Shown here: positions 63,304 through 64,000 of the stretch, piece by piece | Layout: every line of letters begins with the position of its first letter | Numbering within the stretch: position 1 is the first letter of the stretch | DNA from: Botryllus schlosseri | Taxonomy: Eukaryota | Length of the DNA stretch: 64,000 bases | Assembly: GCA_051294905.1 (NCBI GenBank) | Contig: CM119373.1 | Location: forward strand, 12,028,001-12,092,000 | Reading direction: 5' to 3' | Translations under genes and position numbers: made by a program | Notes under the pieces: model-generated | Databases searched by the model: none | The model's input: the letters and a program-made list of their open reading frames with translations, nothing else | Told to the model about the DNA's origin: nothing

Positions 63304-64000
63304 CTGGATACGACATTGAAATATTAGACTAGTCTCTCACATCAGACATCATAGCCTGCTCACCATTCTACATACGCAAAACACTGATGCTTACATTAGC
63401 GCTGAGAAGCCTTATAGGCAGATGACATTGGTTCTCGTAGAACTGAACCGAGATCTACAGTGGTATACGTACTATCACTCAGCATCACTGCAGTAGAGAA
63501 ACAGAATTTCCCTACAGTTGAGACAAGTAACGTTGCGCGGCGATGAAGAATCATGGTGGTTGAGGCCCTAATAATCGTTGCATTTAGTATGCTTCAACTT
63601 TACTCACTGGTCACATAAACGTGAAAATCGCTGTTGCAGAAAATTGTCTCAGTGGGAGGACAATGCAAAGCTTGCTTTCCCCCAAGAATTTTGCCGCGTA
63701 CCCCAGTTCTCGAACCCCTAACCTATACCTTACCATGACCTCACTCGTTATTGTCGAAACCATGATTTCCATTCAAATCAATGTATCTGCACATATACCG
63801 ATATCATCTGAAAAATGCACAATGTTCATAACACACTGCGTAAATATTGAAAGCCTGGTCGATATGTACTTATGTAGCAATAACAAAACAAATGATCCAA
63901 TTCCTACTCATATCAGGGTTGCCAGATTGGCCCATTTTAGAGGCAGTTGGCTCCGAAAAAATTGTTTGACCCCTTAGTCCTTTGTTTTCAATATTTGGCT

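Overview
This is eukaryotic, AT-rich, intron-containing genomic DNA. The lineage is probably an invertebrate deuterostome such as an ascidian (inference only). The window is dominated by the 5' part of a minus-strand type IIa (LAR/PTPRF-PTPRD-PTPRS family) receptor protein tyrosine phosphatase gene. I reconstructed 18 coding exons by hand, all GT-AG and phase-consistent, from a signal-peptide exon (56358-56457) through Ig1-Ig3 and FN3-1 to FN3-5 into FN3-6. The gene runs off the left edge, so the transmembrane and phosphatase domains are not in the window. A 31.75 kb intron separates Ig1 from Ig2. The introns and upstream region carry many non-autonomous DNA transposons, mostly hAT-type with 8-bp target-site duplications and several nested, plus two foldback MITEs and a probable LINE remnant. 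Most ORFs in the supplied track are spurious or derive from repeats. The best leads, all unvalidated, are: (1) in-frame candidate micro-exons at the intron positions of vertebrate mini-exons meA, meB and meC; (2) an identical weak GTTGAAG acceptor on the two exons that follow the meA and meB positions; (3) inverted MITE copies bracketing the meA candidate; (4) a relocated basic (glycosaminoglycan-binding) patch in Ig1; (5) a twice-inserted ~2 kb hAT shell carrying Helentron-like tandem-repeat cargo.
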